Assembly: GCA_045837725.1 (NCBI GenBank)
Contig: JBEWZL010000204.1
Span: 1-64,000, forward strand
Length of the DNA: 64,000 nucleotides
Direction: 5' to 3'
From: Vermamoeba vermiformis
Taxonomy: Eukaryota
Shown here: positions 40,788-55,531 of the stretch, in pieces
Layout of the letters: each line of letters starts with the position of its first letter
How positions within the stretch are numbered: position 1 is the first letter of the stretch
Translations under genes and position numbers: made by a program
The notes under the pieces: generated by a model
Database searches by the model: none
What the model saw: only the letters and a program-made list of their open reading frames with translations
Told to the model about the DNA's origin: nothing

Positions 40788-43034
40788 CTACTTATTTGAC
40801 TTTTTAAGCGCAGTTCGTGAACTTCGTCGGACGGGTGAAGGCGTCGCACCTAATAGCACCACCGAATCGCCTTGTGGCGATTTACTGTCTCGTACTTCCA
40901 GCATCACTGAATCTGCCTCGTTATTGTTGCGTTGTGTGAATCTGGATCGGTATCTCTTCCTCGGCGAATTTCTGCCACTTGTAGGTGCGGAAGAGCTTTC
41001 ATCCCTTCCATTATTCTTATTGTGATTATTATGATTGATGTCATTGTTGCCATTACTATCCTCTTTCTCCTGGCTTGCCTCTTCAAGTGATTTATTCAAC
41101 ATGGATCTGAGACTGATTTTGATTTCTGCTTCATCATTAGTATCAATGTCACTAATAAGACTATCATTACTATGTTGAATAGGTGACTTGACTTCATCAA
41201 CACTCCTCTCTTTTCGCTTCACTTTTGCGTGTAACCTTTGTTTGAGTAGTTGTCGAAGGCTCGTTTGCACAGTGTCCGTATCATAATCAGTTGTAGGACC
41301 ACTATGATCATCGTCATCTTCTTCGTCCTGGTCAGTGTTTTGAGTCTGTCGGGTAGGACTCTTAAAGCTCTTCTTTTCATTTGCAGATGAATCATCTTCG
41401 TTCATTTTATCGCGCCGATCATGGTCCTCACCATTGTTGTTCGCGTCATTTTTATCTTCTTCCATCTTTTCGCCGTTATGATTATGCCCACTCGCGTTGT
41501 TCTCTTCATCATCTTTATCGCCATTTTCGTTCATCGCCTCGTCGTTCGCTTCCTGGTCTTCGTCTTCACCGTCATCCCATCCTAATCTCGCTCGTTCTTC
41601 CGCAAATAATCGCTCGAGCAAATTCTTGACTTCTTGTCGCTTCATTGGAATGTCATCAGCGCCGAACCATTTGAAATACTGACAAGCACGTTAGTGTCAA
41701 GACACTGACCGTAATGGCTTAAAAGTTGGAAGTACCTGTGGTGGGTTCTCGATCAAATCATCTGGCGGCTCCGTGCAGAATTTCTCGGCATATTTTAACA
41801 CGTAGACGCCACAGTCTATATTATTGTCTTGTACCGGCACCTAACAATACGATATTAAACTTCAGTAGATCAAAACTATTGTCGCGAGTGTTGTACCTTG
41901 GGTTTAATGCCCGGAATGCTCTTCGCGGTAAATTCGAGTTTTTTCTTCCGTTTATTCTCCCATTCAAAACTCAAATAACTGATGCAGGTTAGCACGAAAT
42001 AAGTAACGTGTTATCTTTTTCTACGTACGCTCTAATAGTTTTATAAATCTTCTTGTCGACCCAACTCAGCGAATCGAATAACAGCAGCGCTGACTTGCTT
42101 TTCTCGTCCTCTCCGGGCTTAAAATTCTCGCATTCTAAAAAGGAAATTTTCCGTTAGTCTAACACCTCGGTTTATATCTTAGCTATTGGATCTGCTTCTT
42201 ACCTGCAGGATAGCACACTATTACTAGTCTCCAATGTTCCCTGAAACAAAGTGTGAGTTATTTAAGTAAAAATTGAACCGTTGCGGATCACCTACTTGTC
42301 GTGTATAGGTATCATTAAGAAGTCGTATAAAAATATATCTATATCTTTGGTCCACTTTTTAACGCGTTCTAGTCCACTCTCCTTTGCTAGTGTCGTGTAA
42401 AAATATGTATTGAAGAAATAAAATCGTTTCTGAAGTGACGAGATCAGGCCGTGGTGCTTCAAGTACCTAAAAACGATTCTATTAGCTTCAATAATATTAT
42501 TATGCTGGCACTATGAACTTACTTTAAATAAAAATCAATAATATTGTCGTTTAAATGGACGCCAGGCTCTAGTCTGTCAATGTCGCTTTGCGTAATGGTG
42601 ATCGAATCTGCAGCATTCCGAGGATAGACTAATTTGAACTCGCGCTATTTTATTTAATACATTAGTGCCTCAGTACTACTAATTACCAAGCTTGCAAATT
42701 AAAATTCAATATTGAAGATCCAATAAAATAATTTTTAATAAATCCGCTCAAAAGGTATTATTTGGGTGCATTAATATCATTAGTGTACCGGATTTAATGA
42801 CAATAATTTTAAGCTAATTGTTCGAAATAGATAATAACAATGAATTCGTTTCTCCGGCGAGAGACTCAGGCGTACCTTAGCAGGAGTAGTAATCTCGACT
42901 TCTTCATGTGGTTCGTCTTCCAAGCTAATAAAACACGGAGGTTTTGGTTGAATTACTACCTGATCGTCTCCGTACGAGTCCGAGTCGTTGTCTTTCTTTT
43001 GCTTCTTTTTCTTCGCACTAGACCGTCGTTTCAT
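40788..43034 (-). CDS. Ulp/SENP family C48 SUMO protease (ULP2/SENP6-7-like) with an acidic disordered C-terminus
   Basis: HLNDNIIDFYLK, FYFFNTYFY, VKKWTKDIDIF, catalytic EHWRL, YFDSL, QDNNIDCGVYVL. Confidence 0.9.
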
Positions 43035-43438
43035 TCTACGTTATTGTTATTTTAGCCGCATTCTATTGTTGTGTCAGGTAGATAAAACTAAAACTGATTG
43101 ATCCCGCTGTTTTCGGTCCGTTATTTTATTCTCCAATTTTATCTCTGTGCACGACCAAAAACGCAGTCTTTTCTACATTGTAGTTGGAAGAATACTGCTA
43201 AGCACGGGCATAAACCTATTTAATTCCATCGATAAACTCGGACGTAAGTAGAACAACAGCTTTGATCGAGCTACAAACAATTTTTATAACAGTTAAATAA
43301 TACAAGACGTTGCGATACACTATAAGGATGATATTAATTACACAAATATTAAATATTATACGATTACGCTGCGTTTAATGGCTAGTCTTGCGCAAGACAA
43401 GATCAACCAAACGAACGTTTTCGATTAATGTAGAAACT

Positions 43439-45007
43439 TTATACAACTTTGCACTTGGGCCAAGTAATCTTAAGCTTCTTGCCAGGCTTCTTCTCTTTCT
43501 TGGGCTTGCCAGGCTTATCTTCCTTATCGCCCTTGTTGCCAGATCTAGCCGAAAATTATCAGTAAACAAGTTCTCGGTAATATTAATAATGATGCGCATT
43601 TAGATATGCTTGCACGAGATAAATATGCATATATATGATAATACATACCTCCACTTGTCGACTTGACGAACGCATTCACTGAAAGCTTCGACCAGGTTGA
43701 TGCGCTCTTTGGCTGAGGCCTCAAAGAAAGGAATATTGAGACGGTTAGCCAAGGCTTGAGCTTCGTCAACAGGGACTTCTCTGTTTTGAGCCAAGTCGCA
43801 TTTGTTGCCCTACAACATTACGTAAGCGCACGTGCCAAAAAGATTTCGATAAGGGATTTGTCTTCAAAACTGGAAATTAAACACTAAAACGTGATCTTTT
43901 TGATATTTTATACGGCTTATTATTGTAGAAAGCATATTCATAATTAATTCATTATCAAGTTTGGCACTTGTGGATTTCGTCGTGTCAGGTAGAAATTGTA
44001 AACGTGTAATTACTCAAATATGATTACGAAACTTACGACTAAGACCATGGGGAAGTGTTCAACGTCCTTAGCACGCAAGATCGATTCGTGCAAAGGAAGA
44101 ACGGCCTTGAAGGATTCAGATGAGTCGATGGCGTACACGAGCAAAAAGCCTTGACCGCGCTTCAAATACTAAATATTGTAATATTAATACCATGGTCAAA
44201 TTCTATCAGCTAAAAATAATGAGTGTTGGAAAAAAAAGAACGGAGTTGCACGTGCACAAATTCCGAATCCGAACTTACTTGATCACGAATAGGCTTGTAC
44301 TCTTCTTGACCGGCCTGATATACATGACGTTAGACATATCAACGATAAGACACAATTAACGAGACAAATAGGGCGCTTTGAAATTTCCAATAGGGCTGGT
44401 TCGGATTTACCGTCTGGTAACATACCGTATCGATAATATCAAGGACAACTGCTCTGTTATCGACCTCGATTTGTTTTCTGAATGAGTTCTCGCTGGTAAA
44501 CAAATGTTTGTTAGATTTCGATAAATTAATGGGCGTCATTTCAACGGCAAGCGCTGTGTTTTGCCAATAAAAAATGATAAAATAAATAATACTTACATAG
44601 TGGGATCGTATTCATAGACGAAGTGAGACTCAGTCAATTGAATCTAAAATAAAAAAGTCAGATTTCGAGTGTCAAAAAGTCGAACATATTTATCCGTCTT
44701 TCTAATACTGTATCGTCTACTAAATTGCTGCATTAAATATTTACCGTAAGCGCGGATTTACCAACACCACCTGAATAAAAAAACCGAATCAGATGACAGT
44801 CATGAATGAAGTTGGTTAGAGAAAAGTGAAATTGGGGAGCAATATATAATAATACTGCGTTAATGATCAATAAGTAATACTCTGTCGCCATATTGACTTG
44901 TGGAGGCATAATAAAACAGAGTTCCAGCTTTAATAACGTTCGATTCGAGTCATACCTTCTCCGACAACGACAACTTTGTAAAGACCAGCTTGTTGATCGT
45001 CAGCCAT
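43439..45007 (-). CDS. Ras-family small GTPase
   Basis: YKVVVVGEGGVGKSALT, YDPTIENS, LDIIDTAGQEEY, GNKCDL, EASAK, polybasic tail ending in the CAAX motif CKVV. Confidence 0.93.
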
Positions 45008-45413
45008 GATTTAGTTTGTGTTATTTAGTATACAGATGTTAGTCTTGTATTGCTGAGGCGGAAACAGAACAAAAAATAGCATTAGCAAATCACCGCGCTG
45101 ACAGCTTGATGGGATGGGAGATTTCCCAAGAAACGAATATAAACGCAACGCGATTGGCCAAACTTATTCGGCCATAACAACGTGGAGCCGAAGTGACGCA
45201 AAATCATGTCATGTAAACGGTCAAGTCCGTTTGGATTTTCTTTTCATTTTATCTGATAGTCGTGGAACAACGTACCTTGCTTCACAGCGAAGGGTTTACT
45301 TGACTTCGCAGCGAACCTGTCGAAAGCCAAAGCCAACAATGAAAATGCCCGCCGAAATTGGACAACGCAATTTTTGTTTTCCCTTTCTTAAATATACTAC
45401 AATACGCTCTACA

Positions 45414-46766
45414 ATGGAGGAACCAAATGAAATAGATTACTTTGCTGTATTGCCGTCCGAATTGTGGCTGCAGATTTTGGCTCAGTTTCCCTTGATAGAT
45501 TTGCTTAGGTAATCGGTCTGCAGACTCAAAATTATTTATTCTTTTAATTTTACACGTTATTAAATGCATTTTTGAATCATTTCATCCGTTAGTTAATTAA
45601 ATAGAAGATATTTTGTATAATAATAATAATAATAATAATTAATTAATTATATTTCCAGATTAAGCCAAGTTTCCCACCAATTAAATTACTTGGTATACCA
45701 ATGCACGGAAGTAGATTTACGATTTTCAAATGCACAACCGCCAGCCGACGTTCTGTTAGACACCCTTCGGAAATTTGATCGCATCCGTTCACTTAGATTT
45801 ACAACATGCAAGGCTAACAATGAAATGATGCGCTATATCGCCACAAGTTGTACAGCGCTTCAAGAACTTGATTTGGGCTACACGTTGGATCGATCTGTTG
45901 ATCGCAAGCGGTGGGGCGAGCACGGACTTGCTAATTTAGCCAACTTGACGTATTTATCATCGCACTCGGACGATTATGTACTTCATGTGAAAAGCTACCG
46001 TGTTTACGATATTTATGCTGCGATTTTGGTGACAACATTGCAGAAGTTGGATCTCAGTCACAGCGATTTCTTGGGCGATTATTGCCTCAGCTTATTAAGG
46101 AAACTGCCTAACTTAACGGTAGGTTCATATAATTATTCACTTTCACTACTAATCAGCGAAAGTTGGGCTGGATCAACGAAACTTACACTTAAACTGATTT
46201 TTCCTTTTTAGGACCTCAATCTGTCATTCAATGCTAGCGCGAAATGGGTTTTGCCTACGCAATACTTGACTAATCTAAGAAAGCTGAACCTGAGTAGGAC
46301 TTCAACACTCACAGCCAATCATTGGAAAGAACTGACGAATCTACGGGCACTACGCGAGCTTCATTTGAGATTTATGCCCGTAGAATACAAACAATTAGAG
46401 TCATTAGAGAAGTTGCCTCATTTGGAAGTCGTTTACTTGGGCGGCAAAGTGGCATCCGTGAAACCACGAAGGAATCAAAAACAAGTCGCGGATATCGATT
46501 ATAGCGGCTTAAAATTCAAAGTCATCATTGACGACTCAGAATATATAAAGAAGGTTCATAATCCAACGACGAGATTGCTGAAGAATTGGCGAGAAGCGAA
46601 CAACGCTAACAATGTCCCGCCAGTCCTTGAACCGCTACGCACTGACCTCGGTAGCGTTCAAAATAGAACGACGAGTTCTTTCACTTCATTCAACCGCACG
46701 CTTGTTTGGTCAGTTGTCGTGGCTGGTTTCGCGATGTTGGTGCTGTGGCTCAGAAACGTAATGTAA
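45414..46766 (+). CDS. F-box/LRR protein with a C-terminal transmembrane anchor
   Basis: FAVLPSELWLQILAQF; LRRs (LQELDLG, LQKLDLS, LRKLNLS, LRELHL); terminal LVWSVVVAGFAMLVLWL. Confidence 0.85.
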
Positions 46767-46865
46767 AAATAAACTCAACGCAAGATTTTTTGACGGACGA
46801 GGTGTTGGTGCATTAATTAGCAAAATTATAACGAAAGTGCATACGACAATTACCATATTGTTGTA

Positions 46866-48020
46866 ATGGCGCTGAAAAGATTCTTCTTTGAGAAGATCCC
46901 GCAGCTTGGAAAACGGATCACGCTTGATAGCAAAGAAATCCAGCATTTACATGCCGCAAGAGTAAAAACAGGCGATGTTATAGAATTATTTGACAAAAGT
47001 GGGGCATTCAGGAAAGGTAATGCAGAGAAAAGTGGATCAGGTCGTTGCATCTCGCTTCCAAAAATTCTTTAATTTAATTTATAACTGTTATTATATTATA
47101 AAACATATATCGACACCGATTATCATTTTTAATGAATTATTTAATAGCGAAGGTCCATTCAATTTCAAAAAAGGCAACAGAACTGGATCTCCTGCCACCC
47201 GAAGCGCAAGAAGCTTCGCATTCCAATAAATTATCAATATCCATAGCGGTTTCTATGCCCAAAGTATGTGAGCTAGCTCGATTAAAGGTAAATTCTAACA
47301 ATAATTAGGGCAATCGCAGTGACTGGCTTGTCGAGAAAGCTACAGAGCTGGGAGTCCGGTAAATGGCAATGCTAATCGATTTTATATTCGATCTTTCAAT
47401 GGGTGCTAATTAGAGCATAACAGGAATATTTTTCCGTTGACTTCGTTTCACTCTGTTTTGAAGTCATCATCGGAAGGTTCAGAGCAATCCAGGTAAGTTG
47501 AAAACATTACTAATGCATTGAGAACGCCAATCTTATGACGAGAAATTCATATTAAAGTATTACGTGATAATAATGTGATTATTTTGAGTGTAGAATTGAG
47601 CGGTGGTCACGCATCATAATTGAAGCTAGCAAACAGTCTCTCGTACCCTCGATTCCAAAACTACATAATATAACGCATTTTGACAAATTAATGAGCGACC
47701 ATATAAAAGAATACGACACAGTAAGCGTGGCCACACTGATTTCATTCGAGCCGACTAAATTTCTTTGCTAGATCTTGTGGGGTTGCATGCCAAATGATCA
47801 AATGTACAAACCAAGGCCTATTAGTAGTGTAAATAGACCTGATGCAAAGAATATTCTATTGTTGGTTGGTCCTGAAGGAGATTTTTCGAGCAACGAGAAG
47901 CAACAGCTCCAAACTGCCGGTGCCATTCCAGTAACATTATCTGATAATAGGCTACGAGTAGAAACAGCTAGTATAATATTTATCGCGAATGCGATGTTTC
48001 ATTGGAGTAAAGAAAAATAG
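46866..48020 (+). CDS. rsmE: RsmE-like rRNA m3U methyltransferase (SPOUT fold)
   Basis: HLHAARVKTGD, K-GNRSDWLVEKATELGV, RIIIEASKQS, LLVGPEGDFS, NRLRVETA. Confidence 0.9.
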
Positions 48021-48088
48021 TTCTTGTTGAACGATCTGATTTCATTTTCTTTTCCGAACTTGCAACGAGTACTCACTTAGCATAGCAA

Positions 48089-50104
48089 ATGCAATATAAT
48101 CCTGTTCCGTACTCTGTTGTGGCTCATTCTAATTTGCCAGTGCCTCCGCTCGAGTTTGTTGCACTTTTGGCACGCAGATTTACCAACAGGCGGAATGAAT
48201 TATTAGAACTGCGCAAAAAAATCGAAAAAAATATAGAAAAAGGTAATTCGATAGATTGATAGCCATATCAACCTCTAGAATGTCTCCAGCATTTACTATT
48301 AAAATAATATTGAAAATTGAAAACGTTTCTCAACCGTAATTTGGTATTTAACACAAATATTAGGTATTATGCCACATTTTTTGCCAGAAACTGAACATAT
48401 TCGAAGAGCGAAATGGCAGGTGCGCCAAACTTCCAAAGTAGGTGCCACATTATTCCTTCGTTTACATCTAATTGCCAATAGGACAATCCTATATTAAAAC
48501 GAACAGTCGATATTGTGTTGTGGAAAGTATTTGATCGCAAAGAGTTCAATAGAGCCTTAAATAGTACTGCCGATGGCATTCAATTTGATTTTGACGACAG
48601 GTAAGGGCACTTAAATTGTATATTGCATTGTTATTAATAGGATTTAATATAGTTATTCTCCAACGTGGAACAATAATTTAGCGGCACAATTTAACCTCGT
48701 AGATGCCTTGTTGAGATCTGCTCACGAGAAAGGCGGCAAGAAGCCTGCTATCATTGTGCGCCCCCGTTCACTGAATTTAAATGAAGATCACGTGCTTGTT
48801 GACGGTGAACCCGTTCCTGGAGCCATCTTCGATTTTGGTGTCTGGATGTACAACTACCACGAGATCAGCAACAAATACAATTTGAATGTCGATGAAGGTC
48901 CTTACTTCTATATTCCAAAACTCGAGAACCATTTGGAAGCTCGTCTATGGAACGATATGATAACCTTCACCGAGGAGTATTTCAGCATGGTGAAAGTACG
49001 TGCCTTTTTTGACGTGACCAACCAATGCTAACCATTGAAATCATAGGGATCAATCAAGACCCTCGTTCTGATTGAAAACATACTGGCTGTATTTGAAATG
49101 GACGAGATCCTGTACGAGATGCGCGATCATTGTCTAGGTTTAAACACGGGTCGTTGGGACTACGTGTTCTCGTTTATTAAGAAGTTTAGAAATAATTCTG
49201 CGTTCGTAACGCCAGAGAGGTCTCAAATAGGCATGGATCAAACATTCTTGGCCACTTGGGAACAACTGCTGATTGACACGTGTCGCAAACGAGGAGCAAT
49301 TGCAACGGGAGGAATGGCCCCACAGTTGCCACATAGCGACAGTAGTGTGATGAATGAGCTACATAAACAAGTAAGGAGCCAACGATGTTATAAGATGTAT
49401 ACTTATTGTTGCTAGGTGTTCGAAGGCAAATGTCGCGAAGCAGCTGTTGGCCTCGATGGTGCTTTAGTCGCTGATGCTGCATTCGTAGAGGACGTTCAAA
49501 AGGCATTTGCAAGCACTAAGCCGAAGAAATTTAGCTTGCCGAAGGACGAAAAAGAGCTCGAAAAGCGATTGTTAGCGGTGCCTAAAGGTACGTTCAGCTG
49601 TTAGTGCTAGCGATCTTATTCTAACTTTCGTCCTTAGGAAATGTAACCAACGTTGGTGTTGCTAAGAACGTTGAGGTGGTAGTGCACTACATCGAATCTT
49701 GGTTGCGTGGTGAAGGCGGATGTCCATTGAACGGAATTCTCGAAGATCTCGCCACCGCTGAAATTACACGAGTAAGTCCGTAAAATAATAGAAATCTTAC
49801 GATAATGCAATCTATTTGTTCTTTCGGTACTTACATTTTATAACAGGCACAACTTTGGCAGTGGATCAAGCACAAAGTAGTTACAAAAGAAGGCCAAGCG
49901 ATTACGTTTGAATTTGTTAAAGAGCAAATAGTAGCTTTAGTTGAAAAGAAGAAGGATCAATTCTCTGCAACTGAGTGGAAGACTCGAAAATTCGCGGTTG
50001 CTCAAGATCTGAGCTTAAAGCTAATGGATACAACCAAATTCTATGATTTTATGCCCTCATTGTTATATGACTCCATTGTGTCCACAAGAAGTAGCAAATT
50101 GTAA
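48089..50104 (+). CDS. MLS1: Malate synthase (type A), peroxisomal/glyoxysomal
   Basis: IIVRPRSL, GPYFYIPKLENHLEARLWND, LIEN..AVFEMDEILYEMRDH..GLNTGRWDY, LEDLATAEITRAQLWQW; C-terminal SKL. Confidence 0.95.
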
Positions 50105-50228
50105 AGTAAATGCCAAAGATTTTGTTTTCTCGTCCCGTTCTTTGTTGGTGATTCAGAACCACAACCACAAAGCAACGTAAATATTAATCTAAAATATCAA
50201 TACCCTGCTTAGATCAAAATATCAAGAA

Positions 50229-53200
50229 ATGGAATCAAAAACGCCGGCGTGTGCAATACAACAGATCCCGCAAGAAGTTTTGACACTAATTTTTAAATAT
50301 TTGCCAATCGCTCCTGAGCGATGGTATTGCCTATTTGTAAGTTTAATCATTCCGTAGGATTTTCCCTCTATTTTTTAAAATTAATTCTAATAACGCCGAA
50401 CCGATCGGATGCAGGTTTGCAAAGCCTTTTACAATGCCATGCAATCGCACTTATTATGGACGCACATCAGTTTGCAAGATAGTTCCGTTATTGACAAGAC
50501 TGAAGCCCCCGTATGGTACGAACCTTGGAAGTTACCCGGGAAAAAGGAGGGCTTTGCTGCCCATCTTACAGCTCCTAAACGTCCATATTTTATGTCAGCG
50601 AATTTTTTGAGCTACTTAAAACGATGCCATCGAGAACACGTGATCGAGTTGGACTTGTCTTACGTTCCGTTAATTAACCAGGTAACATTTCTGATTCAGT
50701 TTTCATTCCACTTTACTGACCATTTTTACGCACATAGGAAGAGTCAGAAGTAACTCAAGTACGATTAAAGCAAGAAAGCACGTTTTGGGATTTGATGTTC
50801 GAATTCCCGAACTTACGAAATTTGTCGTTGTTTGGCACGAATGCAGGGAAAGATGATGAAGAGACTAGGGGACTTCCAAATTTGGTGCTACTGCCTCCCC
50901 GATATGCTACTTGGCAGTCTCCAGTGCGCAACCTCAATCTGCTGTTTTCAATTTTTACTGCTAGCATGAGGATAAATGATTTAGCGGTTATTCTGCAGCA
51001 CGCACCTAATTTAGAAATATTTCAAATATCCGTAGAACATATTATGTTCGAACAGACTGCTTCCTTCGCCGAACACGCCAACTTGAAACAAGTCTACTTC
51101 CACGGAAATAATTACTTAATGGACAGGTTACGGCCGTACTTTCCAAATTTGGAATTGGCAATTCGTACGTTGCGTTTAAGAAGCCGAGTTTAATCTATAT
51201 TAAAATTAATTTTACAGGCGAACAGAACAGCACTGGTTGGATTAGAAAACAAGGAAAGGCAACGTTAATAGAGCCTATAGAGTAAGTTCCATTCTTTAAC
51301 CTCATTATTAGTACTCACTGTTCATGATGATAGGGTGCATAATATTCGAGAGTTGGATCTTAAAAAGTTCGAGCAAGATTTACAGTGTATTACTACCACA
51401 AGATTCAAAGGCATTCCGCTCTTAATCGGGCAAATTGAATGGGCAAATTTAGGGCAACTGCGATTGCTTTTCAAGTACCTCAAGTTTGATATTAACGCAA
51501 AGTAAGTATCATGATACTTGGATATTCGGCTCCGCAAACTAAAAATAATTTAATTTTGCAGAGTTCGTGGAATTTCAGACACGCTTTATGATCCATTTGT
51601 ATTGCCATACACTTGTTCGATCTCTTACTACCGCAAACTACACCCAGTTGAGGTAAATGATTAGTGCCACACCATACTATCGCAAATAATTAATTTAGCG
51701 CCAGGGTGATACAGCATTGCATTTTGCGGTTAAATTAGGAAAATATGAAGTCGCCGAGTTTTTGCTTCAACACGGAGCGGATCCGAACATTCAAGACTGG
51801 TAAGCGTAATTAGACTTGTGTCATATACCTTTCTAATATGAATCCAGTTTGTTACGAACGCCGATTTTTTATTCACAAGATGTTCGCACAGCGCAATTGC
51901 TTGTGAAGTACGGCGCGGATCCCACCTTGCTGGATCTGCACGGCTGGAACACTTTGATGTGCTACATTGCCCAAAAAAGGAACCGTAAGAGATTTTTATT
52001 ATGTAGTATTATAATTTCAAGTACTAACGTTGATAGCCCACGGTGAATTTGCGGAAGATTACGAGAACGTCCAAGCGTTTTTCGCGGTTGACGATAATTA
52101 CGAAGATCACGCGTTCAAAGATGTTGAAGCGTTTGTGGAACTAGGTTGTGACTTGAACCATAGAACGAATGACGGCCTTAATCTATTTAAGATTTCCTTA
52201 GTTTCTGGCAATTTTTTCTTCGCAAAACACCTCTTAAACGTGACGAAGGATGCAATGAAAGAAACGTACGGAGCCGACACAGGCGAAGCATAATCAGGTA
52301 TACTAACAGTTATTGTTATAGATCTCCCTGTGTTGGGTCTCTTTCGTGCGTTGTTTTGGCAAAAAATGTCTCTACGACAGAACAACTGGAGATGGTCAGT
52401 TATCGCGTTGAAAAATGAGCGACAACTAACTAACACTTATTGCTATTATTAATCAGATAGGAATTTTGCTTCAAAAAGGTGCTGATCCGCAGATTGTCGA
52501 TGACGGTGGTCAATCGTACCTACACCTCGCGGCCTTGCGTATGAATTTCGATGTTCTTATGGCAGCACTGTACGCAAATTTTGAGCTGATATAGGCATAA
52601 TCTAACGTTTCATTGTAGAACTACGGCACAAAACCCCGCCGAATTACTGAAGTTGAAAGACAACGCAGGTTATACATGTTTGCATTACTTAGAGCCCTGC
52701 CAAGTACGTAATCACTGTTTTCGACAAAAAAAAGTCAGCTAACCTTGTACGCATAAAGAATTGGAATGGTGGGGATCAAAGCGGCTACATCGAAGCCGTT
52801 TTCAAGAGTATGAAAAAATATGAAGCGACAAGTTCTACTTGTACACTTGAAGAATTTCTGCAAAAAGTTGCTGAACTTGACTGCATTAACGTTCAAGCAA
52901 CGAGCGGAGAGACACCGTTGCTCCTTTGTTGCAGATTTACGTGCGAAGTGCGATTCTACAGCGTTAACAAACTCATCGCTCACGGTGCCGATCCAAATAT
53001 TACAGTAAGCATATACTCCCTTCAAGTATGTAGTTAAATTTGATGACACATGTCAGGATTATGATGGCGTATCTCCTTTAATTATGGTTGCCTACGAGCA
53101 TGATTATGACGTGATGACGTTGTTACTCAAGTCTGGTGCAAATGTCGACCATTGTGACAACAAAGGCATCGGTCCAATACTCGCAGCAACGCTCAGATTT

Positions 53201-55070
53201 TTGAAGGAGGCCGAGGTTCCAAATAAGGAACATCTAGACGACTATTGCGAGCGATTTGAACGAATATTGAAGTTGCTCTTGGATAATGGAGCGGACATCA
53301 ATCAGCGCGAGAAGGTGAGTGACAAACCTGACACTAGAAATGAACGCTAATTGTTCACAGTTATGTGGCTTCACTGTATTGCATTTATTAGCCATGTGCA
53401 AAGATTTGGAGATTATTTCAACTTGGATTCAAAAGCTTGTAAAGAGAGGGGCCAAGTTGGATGCGAGGTACGGCAACTAGTAATATTATGGTTAGTTACA
53501 TTTTATTGATCGTTATTGGCGCAGAACGCACATCAACGAGACGCCGTTGCATCGGGCAATTATGCAGGGTAACTTGTTTGCCTTAAAAACACTACTGGAA
53601 CTTGGTGCAGATGTCACTGCTCGTGGCGTAATGATGCGAACACGTAAGTGTCAAATTTGCTTCAAACTTACTCCAAAGATGACTATCTACAACTTGTGTC
53701 TATAGCGTTGCATTATGCACTGAAGTATTTAGACTTAAGTGAGATAGATTTTTCTTCGGATCGTGCAACTTTGGACGGATTTAAAACTGTTGGCAATTCG
53801 ATTGTGCGGTATCCTGCATGGAATTGGAGCTCAATTGATGATTTTTCACAATTTCGCGAGAAAAACATCGAATATTTTGAAGCCAAGCACTTAACTATAT
53901 TCGTCGAGTTATTCCGCTTTGCTGATCGCATTGACTTCAACGCCAAAAATCTTCAGGGAGAAATTCCGCTACACAAAGTAAGAGTCCTTCGCGTGTATTC
54001 CGACTAAATGTATTATTTAGGCAATGATTCGTACCAATTTTGCCTTACCAAATTTGGGAGTCTTGCAACGAATTTATGTCCCGTTAAAAATGCTTGAGCA
54101 TTCCACGAAGGAGCAGCTCTTAACAAAAAATTCCTGCGGAGTCACGCCTTTGGATACCTTTTGGACTCAATTACGAAACATCGCAACATGGCGTAACTCT
54201 TGGGATGCGGAAGACATGTAAGTATCAAGTTGGTTCATTTCTGTTGTTGTTAACGAGTTGGTGTGGCAGACAAACCGTGGCGAACAAATTATTTGAATTG
54301 GCTGGCGGTGCGTTAACTCTTGATCACCTTGCACTAGCTTTTGAAGCTAACGTTGATATAACACGATACAATGTCAAAGGTAAGGCGGCGACTGAATATA
54401 ACGTTGAACAACCTCATTGATGTCAAATTTAGGACACAATTTGTTACTTCACCAGGTGCCTCCGTTGCATCCCGATCGCATTGAGCCGCCAATTTTCACT
54501 TTGTTCAGCAAGCCAATGACGAATATAGTACGTAGAGTAAATTCGTTCTTTATAATCTAATTGCTTTTTTCAGGAACATTTCAAACGATGTTCGAGCTTG
54601 CTTGGTAAGTTAAAACCAAGGACAAAGAATTATATTTAACATTCGCAAACAGAGCCAGCTATTTGGAGATACCAAGATGAGAGAACTAAAGACACAATCT
54701 TGCATCGAATATTAACTTGGTGGAGAAACTCCGACTGCGAGGCACTGCTTTTTAATCACGTACATTCGTCCATGGGAGGCGATAGGATTCTCTTAGAACT
54801 CCTTGAATGTAAGATTATATTAGATAATTCCTTCAGCGACAATCAGTGATTAATTTTTGGTGGCAAGTTGGTGCAGATCCTCACGCGAAAAATATCTATG
54901 GCTATTCGTTCGCAGATGCTGTTCCAGAGTTCGATAAGATTCGTGCTAACCTTCCTTTATTGCGCGGAGAAGAAAAGCCAATCATTAGCAAGCCTGATTA
55001 CTTCGCTCAACATAAGAAATCGCAGACTGATCTTTTGCTTGGATTAGTGATGCCGTCGACCAATAGTTAG
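50229..55070 (+). CDS. F-box + LRR + ankyrin-repeat protein, paralog A
   Basis: IPQEVLTLIFKYLP...VCKAF; LRR-like FPNLRNLSLFG; ankyrins GDTALHFAV...GADPNIQD, GETPLLLCC, ETPLHRAI. Splice junctions checked across the LRR-ankyrin boundary stay in frame. Confidence 0.8.
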
Positions 55071-55531
55071 CGTTGGTACGATATCGCAGTGATTCGGCTA
55101 TTATTTATGATTGTGTTACGGCCTTTTACTTTGTAATAACAATGGAGGCTCTTGTTGTAGACGTTTTGAGGGTGTAAAATAATCTGATTTATTGAGTAGT
55201 ACAACGCGCTATTTATGTCTGCGCCTTTGATTAAGCCATGATCTCGTGTTGATCCACGTCGCGCGAGGATACACGTCATTTACCTAATTTGGCGATATAC
55301 TGTTCTCGCTTTCTTCGGCCTTGTTATTGCGTAAATTCATTTGTGCAATTTACGCTTCATGAACGGTGATTTACGCGCGTGCAATCTCTTTACAACTTCG
55401 CCTCGCCGAGCTAAAATTTATTAAGCGGCACAAAAACAGACTTTTTTCGAAATTTTGCTATTTACATACAATTAATAGCTGCGCTACAACATCCTTACAA
55501 CAAGCATTGTTCGAAGTGGCTATTAACCGAA

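Noticed and set aside
40788-43034. Ulp protease as transposon cargo
   Set aside because: It is intact and intron-rich while the adjacent integrase is heavily decayed, and no TIR or TSD enclosing both was found.
45617-45640. (TAA)n microsatellite
   Set aside because: Short intronic simple repeat, ordinary for AT-rich introns.
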